From the IMG/VR virus record IMGVR_UViG_3300043111_000061, positions 1-57,549 of that record: DNA of 57,549 nt; one strand, given 5' to 3'. The notes under the pieces were generated by a model. The model was given only the letters and a program-made list of their open reading frames with translations. It searched no databases and had not been told where the DNA came from. Shown one piece after another: positions 1-10,234 of the stretch. Every line of letters begins with the position of its first letter. The stretch's first letter is position 1. The translations under genes and the position numbers were made by a program. The DNA comes from a virus (lineage: Duplodnaviria > Caudoviricetes).

Positions 1-262
1 CCGTTAGGTCACTAGTAGCCTTTAGTTCAAAATTATGTATCAGATGATACTTCTTATGGATACTGTGTCTTAATGTAGAAAAAGAAGTATCCAGAGTTTG
101 CTTATCTATTTCTGAATTAATGGCATTGTAATAATCGACCGTTATCGGAATACTATCATTAAATTGGGCCATGGTATTAAAGGTATCGTTATACCTTTTG
201 GGTATAATAGAACTTTTACTCATAAAGGTTTCGTATACTTCACCTTCTCTATTTTCTATCAT
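1..262 (-). CDS. Partial phiKZ-like virion structural protein (runs off the window start)
   Basis: Manual translation from the ATG at 262, directly after the stop of 264..2006: MIENREGEVYETFMSK...ITVDYYNAIN...KKYHLIHNFELKATSDLT. The frame stays open to the edge; the VxYY...YxxIxxFELK pattern recalls phiKZ-like structural proteins. Confidence 0.6.
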   Translation of the reverse strand, partial: MIENREGEVYETFMSKSSIIPKRYNDTFNTMAQFNDSIPITVDYYNAINSEIDKQTLDTSFSTLRHSIHKKYHLIHNFELKATSDLT

Positions 263-263
263 C

Positions 264-2006
264 TCACTTTTGTCTGGATTTGATACAGAATCGACCGATT
301 CTCCACGGACAACTAATGCCATTAGTTCCTCCTTTACCAAAAACTATTGGGATATCGTTTTTAGTTAAATGTTTATTTATGTAGTTGTAATATAATGGGT
401 AAGCTATAGTTTTATCTGGATTATTGATATCTATTATTTCATCGTCTTTATGTAACTCATCTAAATCCGAATATTTTATTCCATCTATATACCCACTGTT
501 ACCTATAGATAGCTTTTCTTTTAAACCATATATCGAATAAGTATAGTCGTTATTGTATCTAACTGAATTACTAATGGAAATATAACCCATCTTTAATAAT
601 CGGTTTATATTCATACATATAGTTATTCCAAAAAATTTATGGCACATCAATAACAGCGGAATCATTTTAGGATGGAGAACATCGAACTTTATACATTCAG
701 ATATAACTAAATGATATCTCCGATATGCAACATCAGTATTAATGGTTATATTTAAGTCTGTATCAAACTCAATTATACTGGGATCTAATCTAGTGTCGTT
801 GGAATAGATATCTATGTTAAATAAGCCTTCTCTATATAAACTGCCTTTGCCTTGTAACATAAAAGCATCGAATACGAATGGATGTATGGTACTTTGTTTT
901 ATTCGTATATCTCTTAAATTGAAAGTCGTACTTTCTAAAACTGTACCGTCATCTGCTGTATCTAACAATATGGGAGCTATTAATATGGGTTTATATTCTT
1001 TATCAGTAAGATAGCATTCTGGTAACCAATCGTCGTATTTGTCTGTCCGATGTATCTTATTCGGATATCTTGGATCATTAAGATCGTAATAATGATACTG
1101 TTCAATTGCTTTATTGTCGTATAAGTACTCTATTTTATTCGGATATTCTTTTGGTTTAGATGGGAGTATGTTGTCTGGTATAAGTTGGTTATCTATTACT
1201 AAGGGATAGGTTATAGTCAGACTATTTGGCCTAATTATTTGATAAGCATATTCAATAGTAATCATTTGTCTGTCTACAAATCTCTCAACATTCTGTGCTT
1301 CTGGCTTAGAAGTGACGACATTTACTTCGGAGATAACAGCGAAGTCATTTTTTAATATGACTATTTCCGTATCGTTGGTAATGTTTCGTTTAGCATAAGT
1401 TATATCGCCATTACTTCCATATTTCAAATAATCCAAAAAGGATATCTCTTGTGTAAATTTTCTCAAATGATACAATCTACTTAATACTAACAATATATGA
1501 TTTGGTAATGGCAAGCTATATAGCACAGAATTTTGTATCATATATGGTTCGCTACCATAACTATTCAGTAAAATATCTAATGCTCTATATGCCATTACCG
1601 TATCTTTGAACAATAGTTCTATTGTCAAAGATATAGGACTTAAGTTAGTTTGATAATTTAGCGATATGTCTGCTCTTTTATCATAGAATATAGGAAAATC
1701 TGTTTTGGTATATTGTTTAGATAAACCTGTATATATAGAATTTTTAAAATTACTATGTTCCCATTTTTTATCCTTAGGATTTATACTTGAGTTCATAATA
1801 ACATTGACTCTATCGTCTGTTATATTTACTGTATTATGATCTGTTCTAGTGTTTCTAGTTAAACTAGTATCTTCTAAATAATGTATATTGTCTCCAAATA
1901 AGGCATTTAGACCATTATCTTTTAATAAACTATCTACTAACTGCATCGTTACAGGTCTCAATACATGAGTATTTGGATCATCGATTACGTTATATATTGT
2001 GGGCAT
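264..2006 (-). CDS. phiKZ-like virion structural protein (580 aa)
   Basis: Long ORF with AAGGA RBS. Motifs (RPVT..., FPIFYD, YPLVIDNQLIP, YDDWLP) recall conserved phiKZ-like virion proteins; family call from memory. Confidence 0.55.
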   Translation of the reverse strand: MPTIYNVIDDPNTHVLRPVTMQLVDSLLKDNGLNALFGDNIHYLEDTSLTRNTRTDHNTVNITDDRVNVIMNSSINPKDKKWEHSNFKNSIYTGLSKQYTKTDFPIFYDKRADISLNYQTNLSPISLTIELLFKDTVMAYRALDILLNSYGSEPYMIQNSVLYSLPLPNHILLVLSRLYHLRKFTQEISFLDYLKYGSNGDITYAKRNITNDTEIVILKNDFAVISEVNVVTSKPEAQNVERFVDRQMITIEYAYQIIRPNSLTITYPLVIDNQLIPDNILPSKPKEYPNKIEYLYDNKAIEQYHYYDLNDPRYPNKIHRTDKYDDWLPECYLTDKEYKPILIAPILLDTADDGTVLESTTFNLRDIRIKQSTIHPFVFDAFMLQGKGSLYREGLFNIDIYSNDTRLDPSIIEFDTDLNITINTDVAYRRYHLVISECIKFDVLHPKMIPLLLMCHKFFGITICMNINRLLKMGYISISNSVRYNNDYTYSIYGLKEKLSIGNSGYIDGIKYSDLDELHKDDEIIDINNPDKTIAYPLYYNYINKHLTKNDIPIVFGKGGTNGISCPWRIGRFCIKSRQK

Positions 2007-2129
2007 TTTATATTCCTTTTCGAATATATTGATATTTGTCTACTGGCTTATAGCATACTATAATTAGGGCCTTATCATACATAGATATATGATTATTGAA
2101 AATATATATTAAAATACAAGGAGAAATAA

Positions 2130-3104
2130 ATGCCAAATATCCCAATAGAAGCAATGTTATCTAGTTTAGGTGGAACCAAAGAAGAATGGGAACTTACTTC
2201 CCTTCCTATCCCAGATGGTTTATTAGTATACACTATAGATACTATGGATTTTAAACTAGGCAATGGTACTGATCTATATAAAGATCTACCTGTATTTTTC
2301 AATGCGGGTAATATGGATAGCGTCAATGAGTTATATGAGAGTTTGCCTAATATAGAAAACTCTGTATATGGTAAATTCATAATAGTTAATCCAGACGGTA
2401 CCGGATACACTCTTTCAGATATAACTATAGATCAAGTGGTTACAACTATATATTTAACCAATGCTCTTGCAACTAAAATCAATAAGGAACATACGCATAC
2501 GGTCGGTGATATAACTAACCTTAAATCAGCGGCTACTAGAGACATAGGTACATCTCCGGGTAACGTACCTGTAGTTGGAGAGAATGGTAAATTAGATATG
2601 TCTATAGTTCCTATAGTAACAGGAGATAGTTTAGATAATGAAAATTTATTATCCTATCTGGTCACTATGCAGTTAGCTGATGATTCAGCTACTAAACTCA
2701 GATTACCTAAAGGATATGCTGATGAATTTAACGATGAATCTGGTATAGCAACTACTACTGGAACTTATAACGATAACGGATATTATTCAGGTAATAATCT
2801 CGAGCTTGTATCTAAAAATATAACTATTACTGAAACAGAGAACCCTTTATCATGCAATGTCTTTTTGAGATGCTCTTTTGATGGCGATATTGAAGGCAAT
2901 ATATCTGTTTTAGTTAGTCGAAATAATGGTGTAGATTTCGTCAATGTTCCTTTGGAAGAAAGTAAGATGTCTGGTGAACAAATACGAATACTGACTGGTT
3001 TAGGAGATTTTAGTAATGCTCCTTCTGGAAACGATCTTGTATTCAAAATACAAGGCGGCATCAATAATTTAGATATACATGGAATATGTCTAAGATGGGC
3101 ATAA
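2130..3104 (+). CDS. Tail fibre/appendage protein with Mtd/hyaluronidase-like N-terminal domain
   Basis: EWE...PIPDGLLVYTIDTMDFKLGNG...YKDLP N-domain; HTH(T) His motif; LKSAATRDIGTSPGNVP fibre motif; AAGGAG RBS. Confidence 0.65.
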   Translation: MPNIPIEAMLSSLGGTKEEWELTSLPIPDGLLVYTIDTMDFKLGNGTDLYKDLPVFFNAGNMDSVNELYESLPNIENSVYGKFIIVNPDGTGYTLSDITIDQVVTTIYLTNALATKINKEHTHTVGDITNLKSAATRDIGTSPGNVPVVGENGKLDMSIVPIVTGDSLDNENLLSYLVTMQLADDSATKLRLPKGYADEFNDESGIATTTGTYNDNGYYSGNNLELVSKNITITETENPLSCNVFLRCSFDGDIEGNISVLVSRNNGVDFVNVPLEESKMSGEQIRILTGLGDFSNAPSGNDLVFKIQGGINNLDIHGICLRWA

Positions 3105-3114
3105 GGAGGAATGA

Positions 3115-3531
3115 ATGGCAAATATACATATGACTGCGGCTATTGGTTCTTTCTTAATAGTAGAGGATGAAGCCGATATGATAGGCGTAACTATCACTAA
3201 AAAAGGAATCGGCTTATACTTAAAAGAAAAAGGCCAATTCAAGATAACGGACGGAGTAACTCCTTGTGAAGATTTGCCCAACATAGGTTCACATAAAGCA
3301 GTGGGAGAAATAGGAGTATATACTCCTAATAATGCTCCTTCAGATTACCTTGAATTAGATGGTACTTGGTTATCCAAAACTCTTTATCCAGAGATATATG
3401 CTATATTCGGAGATACTTATGGAGAAACTTCATCTAGTTTTAAGTTACCAGATACTAGAGAATTATTTTCCTATGGTCATTGGATTATGCCGACACAACT
3501 CAATATGAACTACTGGATCAAATACAAATAG
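3115..3531 (+). CDS. Tail collar domain protein
   Basis: VGEIGVY...APSDYLELDGTWLSKTLYPEIYAIFGDTYG...FKLPDTR is the phage tail-collar signature, ending in MNYWIKY. Confidence 0.8.
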   Translation: MANIHMTAAIGSFLIVEDEADMIGVTITKKGIGLYLKEKGQFKITDGVTPCEDLPNIGSHKAVGEIGVYTPNNAPSDYLELDGTWLSKTLYPEIYAIFGDTYGETSSSFKLPDTRELFSYGHWIMPTQLNMNYWIKYK

Positions 3532-3545
3532 GGGGAATCTCAATT

Positions 3546-4460
3546 ATGTCTTATCACCATTTTCATCCCGAAACATACGAGTATCTAGGTACGACTAGTC
3601 CTAGATTAGACCCAGAAGCTACTATAGTTTCTGGTATTGATGTATATCTGCCTCCTCCTAATTATGCTACTGAAATTGCTCCTCCCAACTATACTGTACA
3701 TCAGATACCTATTTGGAATAATACAGAAAGTACCTGGAGTTTAATCGATGATTATAGAGGAATAGTTTATGATGTCTGGGGAAATGAAATCACATGGGAA
3801 AAACTAGGACCTTTACCTGAAGGAGTCTTTTTAGATATGGAAAATATAACTGATAGTGATAGAAAAGAAGCAAGAATAAGGGAATTAATATCTTATTCTG
3901 AACAATTAAAACAAGGAAATATAAATTATAATGGAGTAACAGTTAATATCAGTGATACAGAATTTAATGATTTTGTGTTAGAGTTAACATGGTTAAATAC
4001 TAATCCATATGAAAGGTCTATAAAAGGAAGTATATCAGAAATTAATTATACTTACGATACTACAGAATCTTATTTTACTATAACAGGAACACCTTCTTCT
4101 ACCATAAGTGAAAATTATATCGTAGTATTAAATGATCATATTTTTGAAATAACAAGAATAGATGGAAACACTTATTATACAGATGATATAAATAGACCAG
4201 ATACAACTGATATATATGTAGTCAATGAACTACATAAACCTAATATAATGGAATATATAGTTAAAACTGAAATTGGATATAATACATATATACTACACAA
4301 AGATACGGCTAATGATATCTATAATACGATTTTAGATTATAAAAGAAATATAAAACAAACTACTTCTATAAAATTAGACGAAATACTATTGCTTACAAGT
4401 AGTTCATTAGACGATTATGATATTACAGCAGGATGGCCTAATAATGTATTTGCAGATTAA
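3546..4460 (+). CDS. Tail fibre assembly (Tfa-like) protein
   Basis: YHHFHPETYEYLG...PPNYATEIAPP...WSLIDDYRG...WEKLGPLPEG and C-terminal YDITAGWP. Start moved from 3480 to the ATG at 3546 (GGGGGA RBS, no overlap). Confidence 0.75.
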   Translation: MSYHHFHPETYEYLGTTSPRLDPEATIVSGIDVYLPPPNYATEIAPPNYTVHQIPIWNNTESTWSLIDDYRGIVYDVWGNEITWEKLGPLPEGVFLDMENITDSDRKEARIRELISYSEQLKQGNINYNGVTVNISDTEFNDFVLELTWLNTNPYERSIKGSISEINYTYDTTESYFTITGTPSSTISENYIVVLNDHIFEITRIDGNTYYTDDINRPDTTDIYVVNELHKPNIMEYIVKTEIGYNTYILHKDTANDIYNTILDYKRNIKQTTSIKLDEILLLTSSSLDDYDITAGWPNNVFAD

Positions 4461-4464
4461 TAAA

Positions 4465-4502
4465 ATATAAGGGATATGGGAAAGTTCCCATATCCCTTAT
4501 AT
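4465..4502. terminator. Bidirectional hairpin between convergent tail genes (17-bp stem)
   Basis: ATATAAGGGATATGGGA-AAGT-TCCCATATCCCTTATAT between the stops at 4460 (+) and 4520 (-). Confidence 0.75.
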
Positions 4503-4519
4503 GACGTTATGTGTTCGGT

Positions 4520-4900
4520 CTAATTCATCCAATTGGGCTTATCTGGCAATACCATAGTTTCAGGAGCATCTAAAAGTGCTTGTCTATATTTTTTTAAATC
4601 ATTTTTTTGTATATCAGTTAATTCTTCATACCTAAGGACACCTTGGTATATATCAACTTCAGATAAAGCTCGATCTCGTCTTATTCTGATCCTTTCGAGT
4701 TCCTCTTCTTCTGATAATATTTCTTCTACTCTAAAAAATTTACCATTCTGATAACAATTAGCTCCCATCATCAAGGCTTCTTGCCAAACGTCATACTCTA
4801 CTGGTATACATTTTTCAAATATACCTTCTTTTTTAGCTCCTTGTAGATCATACCATCCTAATAATCGATTATTGTCAATATCTATATGTGCATAATGCAT
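4520..4900 (-). CDS. Phage tail assembly chaperone
   Basis: IRIRRDRALSEVD...LKKYRQALLDAP...PDKPNWM is typical of tail-fibre chaperones. Start moved to the ATG at 4900 (GGAGGA RBS). Confidence 0.75.
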   Translation of the reverse strand: MHYAHIDIDNNRLLGWYDLQGAKKEGIFEKCIPVEYDVWQEALMMGANCYQNGKFFRVEEILSEEEELERIRIRRDRALSEVDIYQGVLRYEELTDIQKNDLKKYRQALLDAPETMVLPDKPNWMN

Positions 4901-4914
4901 TTTATCCTCCTTTT

Positions 4915-6888
4915 CTAATAGCCTATCGCTATCCAATGTACATATCTGTTATGATAAGTGTTTGCTCTTAGTCTATATCGTGCTTGATCTATTATACTAG
5001 CTTGTACCTCTGTATTAGTTGATGTATACCCTTCTTTACCACTTGCTACAATTGATCTTGCAGCATGTGGGAAAGTTAACGGAAAATTATAATTCCACCA
5101 CACATCTTCACCGGGTATATCAGTTCCCCATTGGATAATAAAATTATTAGATAACCTCATATATCCCTTAACGCCAAAAGAACTAGAAACAGTAGTTATA
5201 GCACTCATATTGACATATATTCTATCATAAGTACCATCAGCTCTATATAAATATATATAATTACCACTTACTCTTAATGGATCAGTGGCATGTAGTAGTG
5301 ATTTGCTGCCTAATAGACCATCTATTTTACTATTAGCGTTATTGGCATATGCTCTAGTAGTAGTAATATAATCTGTTATTTTTTGAAGAGTATTTAATGT
5401 AGATGTTGTTACTAACTTAGTATTTATTGTAGATATATCTGTATCATTGGTATTTATTTGATTTTGTAGATCGGATAATGAAGCAGATAATCCCGCAATA
5501 CTTGTTATAGTCAATGAGTCTAAATCTGCTCTATTTAATTTGATGAAATTTACTATTTCCTGTAATTCATCTAATGCGGTATCATCAGAAGCTAATAGAG
5601 CATTTATATTCAAAATGCTATTTAGGTTTTCCAATATTCTTGTATTGTGATCATTTAGAGTATTCGTTATATCGTTTTGTAAGTCAGGTATAGTGGAATT
5701 GTTGATGACATTGATACTATTTAAGTTTTCCAATATTCGAGTATCATGATCTGATAAAGTAGTGTTGATAGAGGATATATCAACGTCATTACTATTTATA
5801 CGAGCATTATGATTATTTAACGTAGTATTGATAGAGGATATATCAGTGTCGTTACTACTTATTCGAGTATTGTGATCTGATAAAGTATCATTGATATTGT
5901 CTATGTCTGTATCATTGTTACCTATTCGTGTATCGTGGTCCGATAAAGTAGTATTGATATTATCTATGTCAGTATCGTTTCCATCTATCTGAGATTGTAA
6001 ATTGGTTAATCTATCGACTAATCCAGCTATACTTTCTACAGTCAATGAGTCTAAATCTGCTCTATTTAATTTGATGAAATTTACTATTTCCTGTAATTCA
6101 TCTAATGCGGTATCATCAGAAGCTAATAGAGCATTTATATTCAAAATGCTATTTAAATTTTCCAATATTCTTGTATCGTGATCGTTTAAAGTATCCTCTA
6201 TTGTATTTCTTAAAGTAGGAATCGTAGTATTATTAATTGTGTCAATAGAGTTCTTATTTGTAGTTATTCGAGTATCATGATCTGATAAAGTAGTGTTGAT
6301 GTTATCTATATCTGTATCGTTAGATAGGATGCGATTGTTGTGATTATTTAATGTAGCATTGATGTTATCGATACTCATTTTATTAGCATTTATTTCTGTG
6401 CCATAGTTATCTAATGTATCTGAAAACATATCTGTCCTATCAGATATAGTTGGGATAACGTTATTAGTCAGATTTTCTATAGCTGAAAAGTTTTCAGAAA
6501 TACTTTCATTCATCGATACTAATCTATTATCTAATATATCCGATACCTTAAATTCTAGGTTGGTGGCTCTAGTTTTTAGAGACGGTATTTTGACCTCATC
6601 TATTTCAATGACCCTATTGTTTATATCAGGAACCGTAACCTCTTTTAAGTTAGTTAATGAACTATTTAGCTGATTTATAGCTATTTCAGTAGCATCTGCG
6701 CGATCTTCCAGTTCTCCTATGTTTTCATTAATTTCGACTAATCCACTATTTCGAATTTCGTCTAATGTTTCAGTAACTGAAGCTATTTGGGAATCTACTA
6801 TCCTCTTATAATTCTGGAAAAAAGGATAACACATTCCCTGTACATATTTTTTCATTTCCTGTAATCGATATTCTACATCTTGTGTCAT
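4915..6888 (-). CDS. Coiled-coil tail fibre with gp53-like/H-type-lectin-like C-terminal tip
   Basis: Heptad repeats (NDTDIDNINTTLSDHDTRI), duplicated DDTALDELQEIVNFIK motif, and C-terminal GYMRLSNNFIIQWG...FPLTFPHA...HWIAIGY. Confidence 0.85.
   Translation of the reverse strand: MTQDVEYRLQEMKKYVQGMCYPFFQNYKRIVDSQIASVTETLDEIRNSGLVEINENIGELEDRADATEIAINQLNSSLTNLKEVTVPDINNRVIEIDEVKIPSLKTRATNLEFKVSDILDNRLVSMNESISENFSAIENLTNNVIPTISDRTDMFSDTLDNYGTEINANKMSIDNINATLNNHNNRILSNDTDIDNINTTLSDHDTRITTNKNSIDTINNTTIPTLRNTIEDTLNDHDTRILENLNSILNINALLASDDTALDELQEIVNFIKLNRADLDSLTVESIAGLVDRLTNLQSQIDGNDTDIDNINTTLSDHDTRIGNNDTDIDNINDTLSDHNTRISSNDTDISSINTTLNNHNARINSNDVDISSINTTLSDHDTRILENLNSINVINNSTIPDLQNDITNTLNDHNTRILENLNSILNINALLASDDTALDELQEIVNFIKLNRADLDSLTITSIAGLSASLSDLQNQINTNDTDISTINTKLVTTSTLNTLQKITDYITTTRAYANNANSKIDGLLGSKSLLHATDPLRVSGNYIYLYRADGTYDRIYVNMSAITTVSSSFGVKGYMRLSNNFIIQWGTDIPGEDVWWNYNFPLTFPHAARSIVASGKEGYTSTNTEVQASIIDQARYRLRANTYHNRYVHWIAIGY
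5509..6155. repeat. Direct repeat inside tail fibre: ~116 bp identical at 5509-5624 and 6040-6155 (period 531 bp = 177 aa)
   Basis: Base-by-base comparison of agtcaatgagtctaaatctg...caaaatgctattta in both copies; further shorter repeats such as cgagtatcatgatctgataaagtagtgttgat near 5738 and 6269. Confidence 0.9.
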
Positions 6889-6890
6889 AT

Positions 6891-8285
6891 CTATTTACCT
6901 TTTTGTTTAGTCGTTTTCCCTGTATTTATTAGAGTAATTATATCTAATAATGATAAGTATTCTTTGGGATCGTCCTTGTCATAAGTCCAATATCCCCTTG
7001 AAGACAATATATCCTGTATAAAATTATCTCCTTGTTTATGAACAAGATCAACAAACTTATTAACTGTAAGATCATTAATAATATTATCTACTCCAAACAA
7101 AGCCCAATACTCTTTTATATAATTCATATGACCAAGTATCTCTAACGCTCTTTCAAGTTTTTCATTTTTTTCAATAATATCTCTCGCTTCTGAATCCATG
7201 AAAGGCTTAAGGTCAGGGAACCATTTGAAGCTAAATAGGTTTTTTTGCCCACTTACTATAAGTCCCTTGTTACTATTGGTTCTAAGAGACCTATAATTAG
7301 TAAGACCTCTTCTTATACCAACGTTCTGAGATATGACTTGTTTCATTATATTACCGGACTGATTGTTTTTACCTCTAATAGTTAAGCTAGTAGATTCAAT
7401 TAACTCATTGGTATTGGAAAAAGAAGTTGGGTATAAACACTTCTTCTTATCTGATGTCTGTAAGAAATTAGCATCTCTTGCTTCTATAAGAGAACTCATA
7501 AGGAATTTGAATTGAGATCCTACTCCTTTTAATTGATCATTATGTTTCATATTGGCTAGATCTTTAGAAGTTCTGGCCATAGGATTAAGATCAAATTTAT
7601 CTCCTATATGTGCTGTAATGATAAAATATATATTGGCTCTAATTGCCATTTTACCTATACTACCTAAGAAAGTTGTTTTCTGTCTACCATCGTCCAAATC
7701 TATTGTATTCAATTCGCTATCACCTAAATCATGTTTATCTAGTTTGGCAAATTCTTTTGCAAGTCTAGTTCTTGATAACGAATCAATTATATATATAGTA
7801 GGTATCATCATTTTTCTAAACTTACCAGTTTTATAATCTATAAATGGTGACTCTACTGTAAGCTCTTTTTCATGTTGTAATTTCATCTTATATATTTGTT
7901 TAATGTGGTCATATAGTTCAGATAGGCCATAATCTACCTGATCTAATATGGTTATTCTTTCGGACAAATCAGGTGTCATATATTGTGGCTCTACCATAGC
8001 CAATAATCTATCGGCGGAGTTTACACTATTTTCTGAATCATAATAGAACATCTCAGAGTCTTTATATCTACACAATACTCCCATAGCATTAGATATAGTT
8101 AAACCAGTCTTGAATCTCTGAGGCTTGCCCGATATACCTGTCATAAATGTTATACCACCGTTAAGTATCATATGGTTATCTTTACCTGAAATAAATGCCC
8201 CATTTCCTATATCTAATAAAGTTCCTGTATTAAGGTGTGGAAAAAAGGCGGCTTCTTTAGTTTTAACTAATGATTTTAAACGCAT
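6891..8285 (-). CDS. uvsX: UvsX/RecA-like recombinase (phiKZ-type)
   Basis: LNTGTLLDIGNG...GGI, divergent Walker A GISGKPQRFKT, YYDSE, Walker B IIDSLS, IITAH; pattern of phiKZ-like RecA homologues. Confidence 0.75.
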   Translation of the reverse strand: MRLKSLVKTKEAAFFPHLNTGTLLDIGNGAFISGKDNHMILNGGITFMTGISGKPQRFKTGLTISNAMGVLCRYKDSEMFYYDSENSVNSADRLLAMVEPQYMTPDLSERITILDQVDYGLSELYDHIKQIYKMKLQHEKELTVESPFIDYKTGKFRKMMIPTIYIIDSLSRTRLAKEFAKLDKHDLGDSELNTIDLDDGRQKTTFLGSIGKMAIRANIYFIITAHIGDKFDLNPMARTSKDLANMKHNDQLKGVGSQFKFLMSSLIEARDANFLQTSDKKKCLYPTSFSNTNELIESTSLTIRGKNNQSGNIMKQVISQNVGIRRGLTNYRSLRTNSNKGLIVSGQKNLFSFKWFPDLKPFMDSEARDIIEKNEKLERALEILGHMNYIKEYWALFGVDNIINDLTVNKFVDLVHKQGDNFIQDILSSRGYWTYDKDDPKEYLSLLDIITLINTGKTTKQKGK

Positions 8286-8361
8286 TATATCTCTCCTTTT
8301 ATATTGAATAATGTCTGTATTTTAAGGTATAAAATGACAAAAAAATATAAAAAATAAACTA

Positions 8362-8389
8362 TTGAGAGGGAGGAAATCCTCCCTCTCAA
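8362..8389 (-). terminator. Hairpin terminator after 8395..9156
   Basis: TTGAGAGGGAGG-AAAT-CCTCCCTCTCAA, with a T-rich tract further downstream on the minus strand. Confidence 0.7.
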
Positions 8390-8394
8390 CGTAT

Positions 8395-9156
8395 TTAATA
8401 TTCCAAATAATAAATATAATCTTCTATTTCTATCGACTCTTTGTCTGGACAGACTAAAGGTACTTCATCTGGGGCATATGTGTATTTGGTAGAAGACGAT
8501 GGCTTGACACAAGGTAAATCAGTTATGTCTGAAAAGTATCCGATATAGATAACGATACCGCCAGATATTACCCAAATACTACCCTGTTTGTTCTTAAATA
8601 ATAGACTCCCATCTTCAAACCATCTAGCCATATCGCTACTGGATCTATTAGAGTCTATGTCCTCTAATAGATCTTCGGTAAAAATTACCTCTTCATCACT
8701 TATCCATGTGAAGATATCATACTTAGAACCAATATTATGGGTATGCTTTATATTGGTAGCAATAGGACCTTTTACACAATAGCACTTATAATGCTCATTA
8801 ATCAAAAGAGAAGGATTGAAAGAGATTTCAAAAGTCCTATTTTGTTTATATAAGTAAAAGTCAATTTGATTTTTATCGAAGTCATATTTCATACCAAATA
8901 GTTTCTTAAATATGACTTCGTTTCCTATATAGATTATTCTTTCATGATCACTCAGTATAATGGATTTTTCCTGCGGAATCGTTATGATATTTAAATTATT
9001 ATACGGTCTTTCAGTTACTTTATTATACTCAATATTGATTTTCCTGTCCTTTTTTAGTCTCTCTATACTAGTCTCTATAAGATCTGACCATACGATACCT
9101 TGTGTTGGCTCATCAAATTGTAATTCAAAATAAATGTTATTTTCTACGGCATACAT
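8395..9156 (-). CDS. Hypothetical early protein (253 aa)
   Basis: AAGGAG RBS, preceded by an early promoter motif and followed by a terminator; no family recognised. Confidence 0.75.
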   Translation of the reverse strand: MYAVENNIYFELQFDEPTQGIVWSDLIETSIERLKKDRKINIEYNKVTERPYNNLNIITIPQEKSIILSDHERIIYIGNEVIFKKLFGMKYDFDKNQIDFYLYKQNRTFEISFNPSLLINEHYKCYCVKGPIATNIKHTHNIGSKYDIFTWISDEEVIFTEDLLEDIDSNRSSSDMARWFEDGSLLFKNKQGSIWVISGGIVIYIGYFSDITDLPCVKPSSSTKYTYAPDEVPLVCPDKESIEIEDYIYYLEY

Positions 9157-9202
9157 ATTTAAACTCCTTTATATATTGGTTGTTTATTTGCTATACTACT
9201 AT

Positions 9203-9219
9203 AGTAATATATATTTAAA
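9203..9219 (-). promoter_or_regulatory. Early promoter (TTTAAATATATATTACT)
   Basis: Contains the phiKZ early-promoter core TATATTAC on the minus strand; recurrent intergenic motif. Confidence 0.75.
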
Positions 9220-9267
9220 AGAACGAAGAATATTTTATAACCTTAACCCGATATTAAAGGAGATTTT

Positions 9268-10221
9268 ATGTCTCAATATACAGGTACTGTAAAAGGTTTT
9301 CAAGTTTATAGTACTTTAAAGAATCCGATAACTATCAAATCGATTACTGCTAATGATTTGAATCATATATTAGACAACATGAAGAAGTCATATAGAATAG
9401 AGGAACTTTTAAATATACGAGAATATTTCGATTCACATATATTTGATGTAAATGACCCTCATCATACAGTTATCGAAAGTCTAACTGAAGATATATTGAA
9501 AGATCTATATCGATATTATTTAGATATGGGTTATTCTGATGACTATGGATTTTTTAAAGAAATGCTATTTAATTACATAGTTACTGCAACAGACGAAGAA
9601 CTGTCTGGAAATTCAGAAGAACTGGCTCTGTCTGTAAAGAACTTTAAAAAGTGTTTAGAATTATACCACTTTGGACCCATATATTCCCATCCACCTATAT
9701 TGGATAAGATATTTTCTGGTAAGCCAAATTTACAGGTACCTATTTTATCTATGGAAGGTACTCAGCTCAACTATCTACATCATCTGAATCTAACTATGGA
9801 TATGGACTCTGGGAGTATAGTTGTTTTACCGGAACTGAAGTTAAATACTACTGAGATAAAACTATTCGATATTTTAGATATAGAAAATAAGTCACTGTTG
9901 ACTATATCACATAATCCGAGTACAACTAATATGGTTATATTCGGTATTAGAGACCATGAGGATAATTGGATATCGAAAGAAATAGTTTTAAACGATAGTA
10001 AAAAAATAGTCATTAACTTCAACCGATATGATGTTAATATATTCTACTACTATCATGAGGAATTAATCAATGTAAGATTAGATAGAACTGAGGGGAGTTA
10101 TGATGAGATAGAAAATCCCATCAAAATGGAACCATATAAGATATGGACAGAAAATATAAAGTCACTATGTTACTATGGTAGAGAGCTTACCCCTATGCAA
10201 ATACAATACGAATTAACATAA
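9268..10221 (+). CDS. Virion/fibre-associated protein; short paralogue of 10235..12235
   Basis: HIFDVNDPH...YYLDMGY...LFNYIVTA aligns with HIHDHNNPH...AWLERGY...LFQYVEVA; similar C-termini. Confidence 0.6.
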   Translation: MSQYTGTVKGFQVYSTLKNPITIKSITANDLNHILDNMKKSYRIEELLNIREYFDSHIFDVNDPHHTVIESLTEDILKDLYRYYLDMGYSDDYGFFKEMLFNYIVTATDEELSGNSEELALSVKNFKKCLELYHFGPIYSHPPILDKIFSGKPNLQVPILSMEGTQLNYLHHLNLTMDMDSGSIVVLPELKLNTTEIKLFDILDIENKSLLTISHNPSTTNMVIFGIRDHEDNWISKEIVLNDSKKIVINFNRYDVNIFYYYHEELINVRLDRTEGSYDEIENPIKMEPYKIWTENIKSLCYYGRELTPMQIQYELT

Positions 10222-10234
10222 GGAGAAACATATA

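Noticed and set aside
5440-6420. Tail-fibre repeats as DGR template/variable repeats or a CRISPR array
   Set aside because: Both copies are in-frame coding and identical rather than differing at adenines; no reverse transcriptase; no repeat-spacer periodicity.
2130-6888. Invertible tail-fibre cassette (Gin/Cin or shufflon type)
   Set aside because: No invertase gene and no flanking inverted recombination sites found by eye; each gene has its own start.
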